This document shows positions 31,542 through 42,443 of a DNA stretch of 64,000 nucleotides, piece after piece. The position numbers and the translations under genes were made by a program. The notes beneath the pieces were generated by a model, which worked only from the letters and a program-made list of their open reading frames with translations, made no database searches and had not been told where the DNA came from. Positions within the stretch are counted from its first letter, which is position 1, and each line of letters begins with the position of its first letter. The stretch is from Alphaproteobacteria bacterium (GTDB taxonomy: Bacteria > Pseudomonadota > Alphaproteobacteria > UBA828). The stretch covers positions 384,001 through 448,000 of the forward strand of contig CBDCCI010000002.1 of the NCBI GenBank assembly GCA_965214705.1, in the 5' to 3' direction.

Positions 31542-33682
31542 CAGGGCGGATTTGTACTTCGGCTTTTGGCTAGGCCCTCCAGCGAGTTGCCTGACATAGT
31601 GGACTTGTTCCCTGTGTCCTGATATGAGTGCCGCGAGGCAGCCGTGGGGACGGGCAGGCGGTGGCGGTTCTATCGGAAGTGGCGGTCGACATCGTTGGGG
31701 CGGAGGACGAGGCCCGCTTCCGCGACGTGATGCAGACACACCACTACCTCGGCGCGGTGCCGGGGATGGGCGAGACCGTGCGCTATGTCGCGCACCATCG
31801 GGGGCGATGGCTGGCGTTGGCGGTCTTCTCGGCAGCGGCGCTGAAGTGCGGTGCGCGCGATCGCTGGATTGGCTGGGACCGCGGCCTTCAGTTCGGTCGT
31901 CTTCACCTGGTCACCAACAACTCGCGCTTCCTGATCCTGCCCGGCGGTCCGCGCAATCTCGGCTCGCGGGTGCTGTCTTTGTGCACGCGCCGTCTGGTGA
32001 GGGATTGGCCGATCCGCTTCGGTCACGACGTGCTGCTGGCGGAGACGTTCGTGGACCCGGCGCTCTTCCGGGGCACGGTCTACCGCGCGGCCAACTGGAT
32101 CGAGGTCGGGCGCACCCGCGGCTTCGCTCGCGGTGGGGCCGGCTACAGCGAGCACGCACGGCCCAAGCGCGTGTTCCTTCTTCCCCTGTCCCGCACCGCG
32201 CGGGCCCGGCTGCGGGCCGACGATCTCGACCCCCGTCTGCGACATGGAGTGCCGAAGATGACGCTCACCGCCGCACAGATGCGATCCCTCCCCGAGTTCT
32301 TCCAGGGCATCGACGATCCCCGCCGCCGCCAGGGCCGGCGCCATGCGCTGCCCACGGTACTGGCGCTCGCCGCCGCCGCGACGTTCTGTGGCATGCGCGG
32401 CTACAAGGCGATCAGCGAATGGGTCGACGACCTCAGTCCCAGGGTGCTGCAGCGCTTCCGCGTGCGCCGCCGCGACGGCCGGTACCGCCCGCCCAGCCTG
32501 TCGGCGATGCGCAGCCTGCTGATCCGCGTCGATCCGGTCCAGCTCGACGCCGCGCTCAGGGCTTGGCACGAGGCCCACGGCTCGGGCGACAGCGCGCTGG
32601 CCATCGACGGCAAGACCATCCGCGGCGCCATCGATGACGATGGCACGCAGGCTCATGTGCTCGGCATCATAGGCCACGACACCAAGGCGCCCTGGGGTCA
32701 AAAAAAGTCGGCATGAGGCCCGACGCCGACGAAGGGGAGAAGCGCACCAACGAGATCGGCACCATCATCCCCCTGCTCGAGACGGTGCCCGACATCGCGG
32801 GCCGCACCGTCACCGCCGATGCTCTGCTCACCCAGCGCGCGCTGGCCTCCTATCTGCGCGACCGCGGCGCCGACTATCTGTTCACCGTCAAGGGCAACCA
32901 GCCCACCTTGCTCGACGACATCCGGCTCACTCTCGACGAGGCCATCGCAGGCCGCGCGCCGGACTTCGCGGACGAGAGCCCCAAGCCCGAGCACGGCCGC
33001 CGCGAGCGGCGCTCCATCTGGGTCTCCAGCGAGCTCAACGACTACCTCAACTTCCCCGGCGTCGGACAGGTCTTCGCCGTGCGGCGCGAAACCCGGCACG
33101 TCAAATCCGGCAAGGAGCTGCGAGACGGCTTACGGCGTCACCAGCCTGAGTGCGCAGGCCGCATCGCCGGAACGCCTGCTCACCCTCAATCGCGGGCACT
33201 GGACCATCGAGGCGGCCCATCACATCCTCGACTGGAGCTTCGACGAGGACCGATGCCGTATCCGCTCGGGCTACGGTCCGGAGAACATGACCCTGCTGCG
33301 GCGCTTCGCCATCGGCGTCATCAAGGGGCGCGGGCTCGCTGTCGCCGAGACCATGCGCAATCTGGCCAGGAAACCGAGGCGGGTTCTCGACTTCCTGAAA
33401 ATGACCGACAACGTCGCTCCGCGGCCAGCGCCGGACTGACCCCCTCCCAGCCGTGCCCCTCGCCGCGACGCCAACCCTCGGAACGCCGGGGGCGAGCGGT
33501 CATGTTCAGATGAAGCCGTGCTCGACTCTCGCGGCCAAGGGCATCGCTATGCGGCGGCGCGATGGCAATGCGGCGGCGCGGCCAAATCCCGTGCCCAGCC
33601 CCCGCAAGGTCCCAAACGAAAGCGGATGGAGCATGATTCAGTGCCGTCAGCCAGCGGCGAAAATCAGAACGAATTTGCCGTG
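31542..33682 (+). mobile_element. ISAs1-family element with DUF4338 fusion
   Basis: Imperfect TIRs CAGGGCGGATTTGTACT / CACGGCAAATTCGTTCT; 9-bp TSD GTCAAGCCG (31533-41, 33683-91). Confidence 0.88.
31628..33439 (+). CDS. DUF4338-ISAs1 transposase; -1 frameshift signal at 32700-07 and a second frame break near 33115
   Basis: HHYLG, RDRWIGW, NNSRFLILP, ETFVDP; IDDPR, AIDGKT, TNEI, DALLTQ, VKGNQP, RGHWTIE, FDED across three frames. Confidence 0.8.
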
Positions 33683-33701
33683 GTCAAGCCGCTTTGTTGT
33701 G

Positions 33702-34605
33702 CCTAGTAGGTATTTTGGGTTGTCCACGGCGCCGCCGCTCGCTATGCTTCCTCCATGTTCGTGCGCATCAAGACCACCCCCAACAGCCCGCGCCGCTCGG
33801 TGCAACTCGTCGAGGGCGTGCGCGACGGCGGCAAGGTCCGACAGCGCATCGTCCGCCACATCGGCGTGGCCATGGACGAGGACGAACTGGAGCGCCTGAG
33901 GCAGCTCGGCGAGTACGTCAAGGCGAAGCTGGAGGACGAGCGCCAGCCGGCGCTGTTCGCACCCGAGAAGATCGCCGAGCAGGTGATCCGCCTCGGCCGC
34001 CAGGGAGACGGCAAGCAGGAACTCCCGGTCGACCTCAAGCAGCTTGAAGAGGAGCAGCGTCTGGTCACAGGGGTTCACGAGGTCTACGGCGAGATGTACC
34101 GCCTGCTGGGCCTCGACGCGCTGCTGCCGCGCTCGCGCTACCGGGCCTCCCATGACGCGCTGTTCCATGTGGTGATGGCACGGATCGCCAACCCGGACAG
34201 CAAGCGGGGCAGCGTGCGTCGGCTCGAGGAGGATTTCGGCGTGAGCCTTTCGCTCGAGAAGGTCTACTGGATGATGGACCGGCTGGACGCGAAGGCGATC
34301 GGGCATCTGCGCACGCGCGTCGGCGAGGCGAGCCGGGCGCTGCTGCCGGAGCCGGTCGCGGTTCTGTTCTTCGATTGCACTACGCTCGCCTTCGAGACGG
34401 CGGTGGAGGACACGCTTCGCCAGCACGGCTTCAGCAAGGACGGCAAGCACAAGGACTCCCAGGTGCTGCTGGCGCTGATGGTCACGCGCGAGGGGCTGCC
34501 GGTGAGCTACGAGGTCTTTCCCGGCGCCACCTATGAGGGACACAGCCTGGTGCCGGCGCTGCGGGACATGCAACAGCGCCACCGGGTCGAGCGTCAGGTG
34601 TGCAC
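33702..34605 (+). pseudogene. IS1634-family transposase, 3' truncated
   Basis: ORF from 33755: VQLVEGVR..KVRQR, FFDCTTLAFE, GFSKDGK, GLPVSYEVFPG. Confidence 0.8.
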
Positions 34606-34609
34606 TTAC

Positions 34610-36111
34610 GAGCCACTTGCAAAATTCCGCATTTGAGCGGGATTTTGCCGCCGTGGCGGTCAGATTGTCCTGGAAATCGGGACCGCTCTCTGTTCCTGTC
34701 GGGTTTCGGACAACGTCGACGGAGAGGGCGGCCCCATGTCGCTGGGACAGACACTATCCGGATTCTGGCATCACATTCAAGCGGATCTTTTCCCGTGGCT
34801 TGAGGAGGAGCTCGGGCCGCTCGGCGAGAGGTACCGGCGCTTCGTCACCGTGCTTGAGCTTGCGCGGGTCGAGAGCTTCCTTCCCCATTTCCATGGCCTG
34901 CCCGGTCGGCCGGTCGAGGATCGGGCGGCCTTGGCCCGCGCCTTCATCGCCAAGGCGGTGTTCGACGTACCCACGACGCGCGCCCTGATCGAGCGCCTTG
35001 AGAACGACAAGACGCTACGCCGTCTCTGCGGCTGGACCTATGCCGCAGAGATCCCGAGCGAGGCGACGTTTTCGCGGGCGTTTGCGGAGTTCTCCGAGAG
35101 TGCGTTGCCCGCTCGCGTGCATGAGGCGCTGATCAAGCAGACCCTCGGAGACCATCTGGTCGGGCACGTCTCGCGCGACTCGACGGCGATCGAGGCGCGC
35201 GAGAAGCCTCAGCCCAAGCCCAAGGCGGAGAAGCCGAAGCGCAAGCGCGGCCGCCCGCGCAAGGGCGAGGAGCGGCCCAAGGAGGAGCGCCGCGTGAAAC
35301 GCCAGCTCACGATGAGCTTGCCCCAGATGCTCGACGACCTGCCGAAAGCCTGCGACGTCGGCACCAAGCGCAACGCCAGGGGCCATACCACATCGTGGAT
35401 CGGTTACAAGCTGCACATCGACGCCGCCGATGGCGGCATTCCGATCAGTTGCATCCTGACGTCCGCCTCGCTGCACGACAGCCAGGCCGCGATCCCGCTG
35501 GCGAGTATGACCGCCGACCGCGTCACCAATCTGTACGACCTCATGGACTCAGCCTATGACGCGCCCGAGATCGGCTGGCACAGCTACCTGCTGGGCCACG
35601 TCCCGATCATCGACGTCAACCCTCGCGACAAGGAGTACAAGGAGGAGCTGGCGCGCGAGGCCAGGGCGCAGAGAGGCGTCGGTCACCGCCACCCGGCGGA
35701 CGAGCGCTACAACGAGCGCTCGAACATCGAGCGCATCAACGGTGGGCTGAAGGACAACTGCGGGGGCCGCCATGTCCGCGTGCGCGGCCATGCCAAGGTT
35801 CATTGCCACCTGATGTTCGGCATCCTGGTGCTGACGGTCGACCAGCTGATGCGCCTCCTGGCCTGAGCGGCGCCTCCGTCGCTGTCACGCCGGCACGCCT
35901 CCCTCCGCGGAGGCGCAAAAAGCCATGTCCGCATCGCGACGGCGGGTCCAAAATGCGCCCGCATGGGCATCGGTTTGCGGCGAATCGGCGCCCCGGCGGC
36001 AGCCAGCGACGTCCGCTCGTCCCGAAGTTCATGTTACGTTCCGACCGTCAATGTCCTCACGCCGGGCTCTCGGGAAAAGCAGACCGCGCCTGGGAGTTTT
36101 GCAAGTGGCTC
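34610..36111 (+). mobile_element. IS1182/IS5-like element, diverged isoform of 18041-19561
   Basis: TIR GAGCCACTTGCAAAA; 4-bp TSD TTAC (34606-09, 36112-15). Confidence 0.88.
34736..35866 (+). CDS. DDE transposase
   Basis: Closely similar to 18305-19435. Confidence 0.88.
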   Translation: MSLGQTLSGFWHHIQADLFPWLEEELGPLGERYRRFVTVLELARVESFLPHFHGLPGRPVEDRAALARAFIAKAVFDVPTTRALIERLENDKTLRRLCGWTYAAEIPSEATFSRAFAEFSESALPARVHEALIKQTLGDHLVGHVSRDSTAIEAREKPQPKPKAEKPKRKRGRPRKGEERPKEERRVKRQLTMSLPQMLDDLPKACDVGTKRNARGHTTSWIGYKLHIDAADGGIPISCILTSASLHDSQAAIPLASMTADRVTNLYDLMDSAYDAPEIGWHSYLLGHVPIIDVNPRDKEYKEELAREARAQRGVGHRHPADERYNERSNIERINGGLKDNCGGRHVRVRGHAKVHCHLMFGILVLTVDQLMRLLA

Positions 36112-36466
36112 TTACATTAGCGAATATCTGGCGGGCGCACCGTGACGTAGGGTTGCAGTTTCCTCCTGTATTAGATCGATGCTACAGAGGTTTACGGCTG
36201 ACGTCAAGGGCGAATGGAGCGGGGCGGGAAGACACATTGGCTGATCGTATGTCTCTCGGGAGTTGCATTCGGGGAAGCCGGGATGTGGAATTTGCCGTAG
36301 AGCATTGCTATGGTGCCTTTGCCGGGAACGGATCATTCGGTCAGGACACACGAATGGTACATGTTCTCGTGCGCGAGGAATATCATAGGAGTTTCTTGAT
36401 CTATTCTACATTGATGCGTAGCTGCGTGTCCCGGTTGCAACAGGTCCATACAGACGGATGGCCACG

Positions 36467-36670
36467 ATGAGGGAGAATGCCGGCGGACGGCGCCAGCGCG
36501 CGGTCATGGCGACCGATGCGGAGTGGGAACGAATCGGCCGGGCGGCTGCGGCGAGCGGCATGGACCTGTCGCGCTTCGTGATCCATCGCGCGCTGGACCG
36601 GGACCCTCTGCCGCCGGAGGTCCTGCGCCGGGCGGTACGCGAGATGCTGGTGCTGTCCATGCTGGAGATC
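36467..36670 (+). pseudogene. Ribbon-helix-helix mobilisation accessory protein (MobC/TrwA-like) fragment
   Basis: VMATDAEWERIGRAAAASGMDLSRFVIHRAL. Confidence 0.55.
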
Positions 36671-37392
36671 CTCTCGAGGGCGACTCGGAGACCGGCGCTA
36701 CGGTGCCGTTCTCGCCAAACCTGAGTAGGAGACACGATATGCCCCCCAAGAACGAGACCGCGACGCCGGCCGAGGCGGAGGGGAGCGAAGAACAGGCGGC
36801 GGTGAAAATCGCAGCGCTCACCCGGCTGAAGTCGATCGGCGAGAACGAAGCGACGGTGCTCGTCCACGAAATCTTCTACCGCCGCTTCCGCAACCGCCGT
36901 GAGCTCGCGAGCTGGGTCGGCCTGACGCCGACCCCCTGGGCGAGCGGCGACACGCAGCGCGACCGGGGGATTGACCGCGACGGTCCGGCATGGATCCGGG
37001 CACAACTCATCCAAATGGCGTGGCGTTGGCTGCGCTATCAGCCCGAGAGCCCTCTCAGCGCGTGGTTCGAGGAGCGCACTGCGGGCTCTCGGGGACGGAT
37101 GCGCAAGGTGATGGTGGCGCTCGCCCGCAAGCTGCTGATCGCGCTCTGGCGGTTCGCCGAGACCGGTCTCGTCCCGACGGGCGCCAAGCTCGTCTGATCG
37201 CGAGACCGCGCTGATCCAGACTGGCCGGACGCGGCCAGCGCTGGGCCGGGTGGCGAGTGGCCGAGCCTCTCACGGGCTGAAACACGCCGAGCAGGAGATG
37301 GGCCCCGCCTCCGGAACGCTGCGCCCGCAGCAAGCGGGATCGAGGGATGGTTCCGGCGCACCGCCGTTGAAAGAGAAACCTCCCGGATAAGA
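36670..37392 (+). mobile_element. IS110-family remnant C: transposase C-terminus (stop 37197) plus partial 3' non-coding end
   Basis: FRNRRELASWVGLTPTPWASG, ALARKLLIALWR; 3' scaffold shared with 45790-45970. Confidence 0.8.
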
Positions 37393-38376
37393 GTTGGGTA
37401 CGGGTGCCGAGCGTGGAGGAGGAGGACCGCAAGCGGTTGCTCCGTGAGCGTCGGCGGCTGGTGAAGGAGCGGACGTCGCTGACGAACTCGATCAAGGGGC
37501 TACTCAAGCTGCAGGGGGTCTTCGACTTGGATCCTCGGGCCAAGGAGTTCGAGGAGAAGTTCGCGGACGCGGTGACCGCATACGGCTCACTGTTCCCGCC
37601 GCGGGCGCGTCAGGAGATTCTGCGGCTTGTGGAGCGGCTGTCGCTCGTGCAGCGGCAGATCACGGCAGTCGAGGCCGAGCGGGATGCGGTTGTCCGCCAG
37701 GGCGCCGCTATCCCGGCGCCGGTCGCGCCGCAGCGAAGCGAGGAGCGGGCGGCGGCCAGGATCGCGACGTTGGCCCAGCTGAAGGGGATCGGCGCGAACG
37801 ACGCGATGCTGCTTGAGCACGAGATCTTCTACCGCGACTTCGGAAACCGCCGTGAGCTTGCGAGCTGGGTCGGGTTGACGCCGACCCCATGGTCGAGCGG
37901 GGACATGCAACGCGACCAGGGGATCGACCGCGACGGTCCGGCCTGGATCCGTGCCCTCCTCGTCCAAATGGCGTGGCGCTGGTTGCGCCATCAACCCGAC
38001 AGCGCGCTTAGCAAGTGGTTCGATGAGCGCACCGCCTGTTGTTTCGCACGTTATTTGACGCCGAATCTCCCAGATTATTTGACGTGATCGCTGCCCTGAT
38101 TTCCCAGATTGCTCGGTCTTTTCCGGATCGAAGCGTAGGAGCTCATGGTCTCTGCGGGCGGTCCGGGGTCGCTGTCTGATTGAGGTTTGGACTGGTGCTT
38201 GAGGAGGGCTGACGAGGTGTCGCGCGGCCGTCCACACGACGAAGTGCTGCCATGGCCTGAAGCAAGCTTCCGGCCACGGACTGGCCGCTCACTTGACGTA
38301 GTATCCCGGTGGAGGCGCAGCGCCTTCCGGACCGTTGGGGAGGGGTGGTTCCCGACGGCGGTTCCGGCTCGAACCC

Positions 38377-39414
38377 CTAGGCGTTGGCGGAACCGGGCTC
38401 CGGGAACCGCGGGGCCTGCGGCCGACTGCTGCCGTTGGCGGCGGCGGCCGCCGCCCGCTTGTCCGCTGCGCCTGCGACGACGCTGTAGCCGCCCTCGGCG
38501 TTGCGCGCGACGCGACCCTCCTGGACGAGCTTTTGCAAGATTACGCCGACGGTCTTGTGCCGGGTCGCGGCGCGTTCCCGGATCTGGCGTTGCGAGAGCG
38601 GCGCCCCGGCGTCGGCGAGCGCCTTGAGAACGCGGCATTCGGGAGTTTCGGGCTGAGGCGGCCCGCCGGCCGGGGGCGGCTGGCGCAGCTGGAAGGAGGG
38701 CTCCTCTCCGTCTTCCTTGAGCTCGATCTCGATGTCGTCGAGACCGCGAGCGGCGCGATGCTCGACGGTCATGAGCGTCTGCCGGTCCCGGCGGCGCAGG
38801 TATAGATTCGAATCTCCCCAGGCGTGCAGCTCACTGCTGCCCCGCAGGGCCTGCCCCGGCCTCGTGGCCCCGCTCTTGCGGGCGTGATGGACGAGCAGCA
38901 CGGCGGTCTCGAAGCGGCGTTGCAGGTCGCGCAGGAAGCCGAGGATCGGGGCGACGTCTGCGACCGTGTTCTCGTCCACGCCGTGCAGGCGGACCAGGGG
39001 GTCGAGGACCACGAGGCGCGGTGCGATGCGCTCCACGGTCTGCTGCAGGCGGCGCCGGTCGTCGAGATGGTCGAGGCGCAGTGTGGGCACGTCGATAACG
39101 GCGATGTCGAGGGTCTCGAAGCGAGCGCCTGCGGCGCGGGCGATCCCCTGCAGGCGCTTGCGCACGAGGTGGCCGGCGTCTTCTGCGGCGAACATCAGGA
39201 CCGGACCGGGCCGGGCCGGGGCGAAGTGCCGCAGGCATGGAACGCCGGCGGCGACTGCGACCGCGAGGTCCAGCGCCAGGATGGACTTGCCGCACTTGGG
39301 CTCGCCGCCGACGATGCCGACGGCTTGCTCGCCCCACAGCGTGTCCACCAGCCATTGCTGCTCGCGCGGCCGCTCCTCCAGCTCGATCGGGGTGCGGGTC
39401 GGGAAGCCGGTCAT
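38377..39414 (-). CDS. RepA-like/AAA_25 ATPase-helicase with C-terminal HTH
   Basis: GGEPKCGKS, FAAED, VVLDPLVRLH, LVHHARK, LRGSSEL; PLSQRQIRE HTH. Confidence 0.8.
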   Translation of the reverse strand: MTGFPTRTPIELEERPREQQWLVDTLWGEQAVGIVGGEPKCGKSILALDLAVAVAAGVPCLRHFAPARPGPVLMFAAEDAGHLVRKRLQGIARAAGARFETLDIAVIDVPTLRLDHLDDRRRLQQTVERIAPRLVVLDPLVRLHGVDENTVADVAPILGFLRDLQRRFETAVLLVHHARKSGATRPGQALRGSSELHAWGDSNLYLRRRDRQTLMTVEHRAARGLDDIEIELKEDGEEPSFQLRQPPPAGGPPQPETPECRVLKALADAGAPLSQRQIRERAATRHKTVGVILQKLVQEGRVARNAEGGYSVVAGAADKRAAAAAANGSSRPQAPRFPEPGSANA

Positions 39415-40214
39415 GGCCGCAACTCCTCTAGCGCGTGCTGCAGGTGCTCGGCGCTGACGGTCCTCGCCTCGTCGAGGGCGGCGGCGGAGAGCGCGTAGTG
39501 GGCGATGCGGTTGATCTGGCGCGGCAGGCCGCGCGCGCTCTGGAACAGGGCCTCGACGGCGGGCTCCTCGAAGAGCGGCAGCTCGCATCCCGCGAGCCTG
39601 AGGCGGTGCTTGATGTAGGCGTCGACCTCATCTCGGTCGAGGCCGGTGAGATGATGGCGGACGACGAGGCGCTGGCTGAGGGATTCGTGCATCGCCATGG
39701 CGAGACGCCGCCTGAGCTCGGTCAGGCCGACGAGGACGAGGCACAGGCGCTGCTCCGAATCCATGGCGAAGTTGGTGAGCAGGCGCAGGTCCTCGAGCAC
39801 GTCGTTGCGCAGGTGATGGGCCTCGTCGATGACGAGGACCGGCAGCTGCTTGGCCTCGGTGACGAGGCGGGAGATCTCGTTGCGGATTGCCTGATGGGCC
39901 GAGGCGCGCGAGCGCTCGATGGGCAGGCCGAGCTCCCACGCGATCGATTTGTACATGTCGAGCACGTTGCCCGTGGTCAGCGAGACGTAGTGGACCCGGT
40001 AGAGGCCAGGGTGGAGCTGCGCCGTCAGGTGCCGGCAGGCGGTGGTCTTGCCGGAGCCCACCTCGCCGGTGAGCAGGCCGATACCGCGCAGCTCGATGAG
40101 GTGGCCGAGCCTGGCCTCGGCCTCGCGGCGCGCGTTGGACTCGAACAGCTCGTCGGTCTCTGTCGGGGTCTCGAAGGGCAGGCGGGTGAAAGCGAAGTGG
40201 CGCTGGTACATCAC
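39411..40214 (-). CDS. ExeA-family AAA ATPase (transposition helper)
   Basis: HFAFTRLPF, TGEVGSGKT, VIDEAH, LVLVG, GLPRQIN. Confidence 0.88.
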   Translation of the reverse strand: MMYQRHFAFTRLPFETPTETDELFESNARREAEARLGHLIELRGIGLLTGEVGSGKTTACRHLTAQLHPGLYRVHYVSLTTGNVLDMYKSIAWELGLPIERSRASAHQAIRNEISRLVTEAKQLPVLVIDEAHHLRNDVLEDLRLLTNFAMDSEQRLCLVLVGLTELRRRLAMAMHESLSQRLVVRHHLTGLDRDEVDAYIKHRLRLAGCELPLFEEPAVEALFQSARGLPRQINRIAHYALSAAALDEARTVSAEHLQHALEELRP

Positions 40215-41539
40215 TCGTCCTCCTTCTTGTCCTTGAGCTTGTGCATGGCCAGCGGCGAGGGCGGGGGCTCGGGCGCCGGGTCCTCGGCCTCGATCTCCCT
40301 GGCCGGATAGGTGCGCCTGACGGCGGTGTTGGCGTAGGCGTCGAGAGGGGTAGCCTTGCCGGCCGGCTTGCCGTCATGGACCACGTCGAGAGGGCGCGAG
40401 GGCGGCGCGGCCGGGTCGTAGCGCAGGGTGATCTTCTCGCCGACCAGCACGGTATCGACCTCGTAGACGCAGCCGTCGAGACTGACGGTGCGATCCTTGT
40501 AGACACGGCGCTTGGCCTCGAAGAGGAACAGATCGTCGAGGTCCATGGTGGCGTCGGGATAGCGCACGCCGGCCGAGGCCAGCGCCCACTGCTCGAGCGG
40601 GGTGCGCCCCTCGTCGAGGCCACGATGCGGGCTGTTGTGATACTCCCCCTCGATCCAGGCCCAGAGGCTGCGGTTGAGCGCCTCCAGGCTGTCGACGTCA
40701 TCGCCGAGGTGGCGAAGCCAGCCGGCCCGAAGGGTGCGGAAGAAGCGCTCGATCTTACCCTTTCCCGCTGGCTGGAACGCTCTTGCGTGAATCAACGCAA
40801 CGCCGAGCCTGGCGCAGACCAGGGAGAGATGACGGGAGCGGTAGGCGCTTCCGTTGTCGACGTACAAGCGGGCCGGGAGGCCGCGCCGGATCAGCGCGTC
40901 CTTGAACACCGGCAGGAACGCCGCAGTGTTCTCCGCCATGGCGAAGGCGGCGAACGGGATGACGCGGGTGGCGTCGTCGATGAAGGCGATCAGGTAGGTC
41001 TTGCGCCGGCTGCGGCCGTGCCGGACCTTGGGTCCGTGCATGACGTCGCTCATCCACATCTCGCCGGCATGCCGGAAGGCGAAGCGGCGGCGATCCGCCC
41101 CGTCGGGCGGCTTCTTGTCGAACAGGCCCTCGCGGCTGAAGAGGCGGTGCACGGTGGACGAGGCGAGCGGGTGGTCGATACCCTCCTCGTGAGCCTTCTG
41201 GATGATGGCGCGGACCGACAATGCGTCGTTCTCGGTCTTCAGCGCGATGAGGCGCTCGGCGACCTCGGGCGGCAGCCGCCGGGGCTTCCCCCGGTCGGTA
41301 CGGGGCTTGGGGTAGAGCGCGTCGAAGCCGCCGTAGCGGTAGTCCTTGATCCAGCGCCGCATGGTCTCGGCGGCGACCCGGGTCCTGGTGGTTCCGGGGA
41401 TTGTGTAGGTCTTCTCGGCTTTGGCGCGCATCATCGCGCCGGCACCCGGTGCACCCACGGGCAGATGTACCAGATCGGCGATGACGTCGTATCGGAAGAG
41501 CGCGATCTGTTGGCGAAGGTCGTCGTCTGAGCTGTTCAT
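40211..41539 (-). CDS. Mu/IS481-like DDE transposase
   Basis: WMSDVMHG, FIDDATR, YVDNGSAY, GKIERFF, Mu-type C-terminus. Confidence 0.9.
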   Translation of the reverse strand: MNSSDDDLRQQIALFRYDVIADLVHLPVGAPGAGAMMRAKAEKTYTIPGTTRTRVAAETMRRWIKDYRYGGFDALYPKPRTDRGKPRRLPPEVAERLIALKTENDALSVRAIIQKAHEEGIDHPLASSTVHRLFSREGLFDKKPPDGADRRRFAFRHAGEMWMSDVMHGPKVRHGRSRRKTYLIAFIDDATRVIPFAAFAMAENTAAFLPVFKDALIRRGLPARLYVDNGSAYRSRHLSLVCARLGVALIHARAFQPAGKGKIERFFRTLRAGWLRHLGDDVDSLEALNRSLWAWIEGEYHNSPHRGLDEGRTPLEQWALASAGVRYPDATMDLDDLFLFEAKRRVYKDRTVSLDGCVYEVDTVLVGEKITLRYDPAAPPSRPLDVVHDGKPAGKATPLDAYANTAVRRTYPAREIEAEDPAPEPPPSPLAMHKLKDKKEDE

Positions 41540-41584
41540 GGTGCGATCCTCGTTCAGGGACTCCCTGGCCCCGGGATCGTCACG

Positions 41585-42220
41585 CTACGAACTCTCCGGC
41601 GGCGGGTCCGGCCCCGCCCGTTGTTGGAACTGCGGTTTGCGATTCCCCACGTCGATGCCGTGGGGTTGGAAGCCCAAAGGCGCGGGCAGCGTCTGGAGCT
41701 GCCCGGCGACCAGGCCGCGCAGTTCCATCAACGCGCTGTCGCTCTTCAGACGCTCGCGCACCGCGCTCATGGTGGGCGCGCAGCCCGCGAGCAGGTCGGG
41801 GATCAGGCCGATGACGCGCACAAGCGCGTTGTGCACGAGCTTCAGCCTGCGGCGGATCCAACGCACGGCGCCGGGAAGCTCGATGGCGTCCTCGTCCTCG
41901 GGGCAGCGCACCTCGTCCGCTGCCTCCTCCAGGCTGCCGGCCTCCTCCGCCACGACAACAACCGCTTCCAGCGCATCGAGCGTGCCCGGCAGCCGCGCCG
42001 CCAGACAGTCGGCCAGCAGGCCGATGGTCGTATGGCTCTCACGGCAATACCAGCGAGGAACCCTTGCGCCGGGCGGGGTCTTCCGCTCGTAGGTGCCGTG
42101 GCTTGCCACAGAACATCCGCCGTGCGGGTGATTCGGGCAGCGCTCAAGCCTTGCGTCGCGCCACGCCTCGGTCTTAACGTATTCCTCGCTGGTGAGCCCC
42201 GTTTCGTAGCGAAGCTGCAC
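41585..42220 (-). CDS. Cys/His (DUF6431-like) accessory protein
   Basis: CPNH..GC...HGTYER...RWYC...HTT; first gene of the transposon operon. Confidence 0.6.
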   Translation of the reverse strand: MQLRYETGLTSEEYVKTEAWRDARLERCPNHPHGGCSVASHGTYERKTPPGARVPRWYCRESHTTIGLLADCLAARLPGTLDALEAVVVVAEEAGSLEEAADEVRCPEDEDAIELPGAVRWIRRRLKLVHNALVRVIGLIPDLLAGCAPTMSAVRERLKSDSALMELRGLVAGQLQTLPAPLGFQPHGIDVGNRKPQFQQRAGPDPPPESS

Positions 42221-42309
42221 CGGCCCTGGCCCGGCGGGAGTTGAGTCCCCCGGGCCTCTCTTTGCGGTTCAGTGAGAGGCCGAGATTACGGACGCTCCCC
42301 GGCGCCGCC

Positions 42310-42443
42310 AAGCTGTGGAGCCGTGGACGCGTCCTGCGGACCGATCGGCGTCCTGCGGACCGTGTGGACAGCCCTTGGACAAGCTGGCGCTTGCCCACCG
42401 CCTGACCACACTCGCCGATCTCGCGCCCACCGCTCCACAGCTT
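42310..42443. other. Nested multi-stem palindrome in the transposon leader (candidate ncRNA or cis element)
   Basis: Outer stem AAGCTGTGGAGC/GCTCCACAGCTT (20/22 extended); inner GATCGGCG/CGCCGATC and GGACAAGC/GCTTGCCC. Confidence 0.6.
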
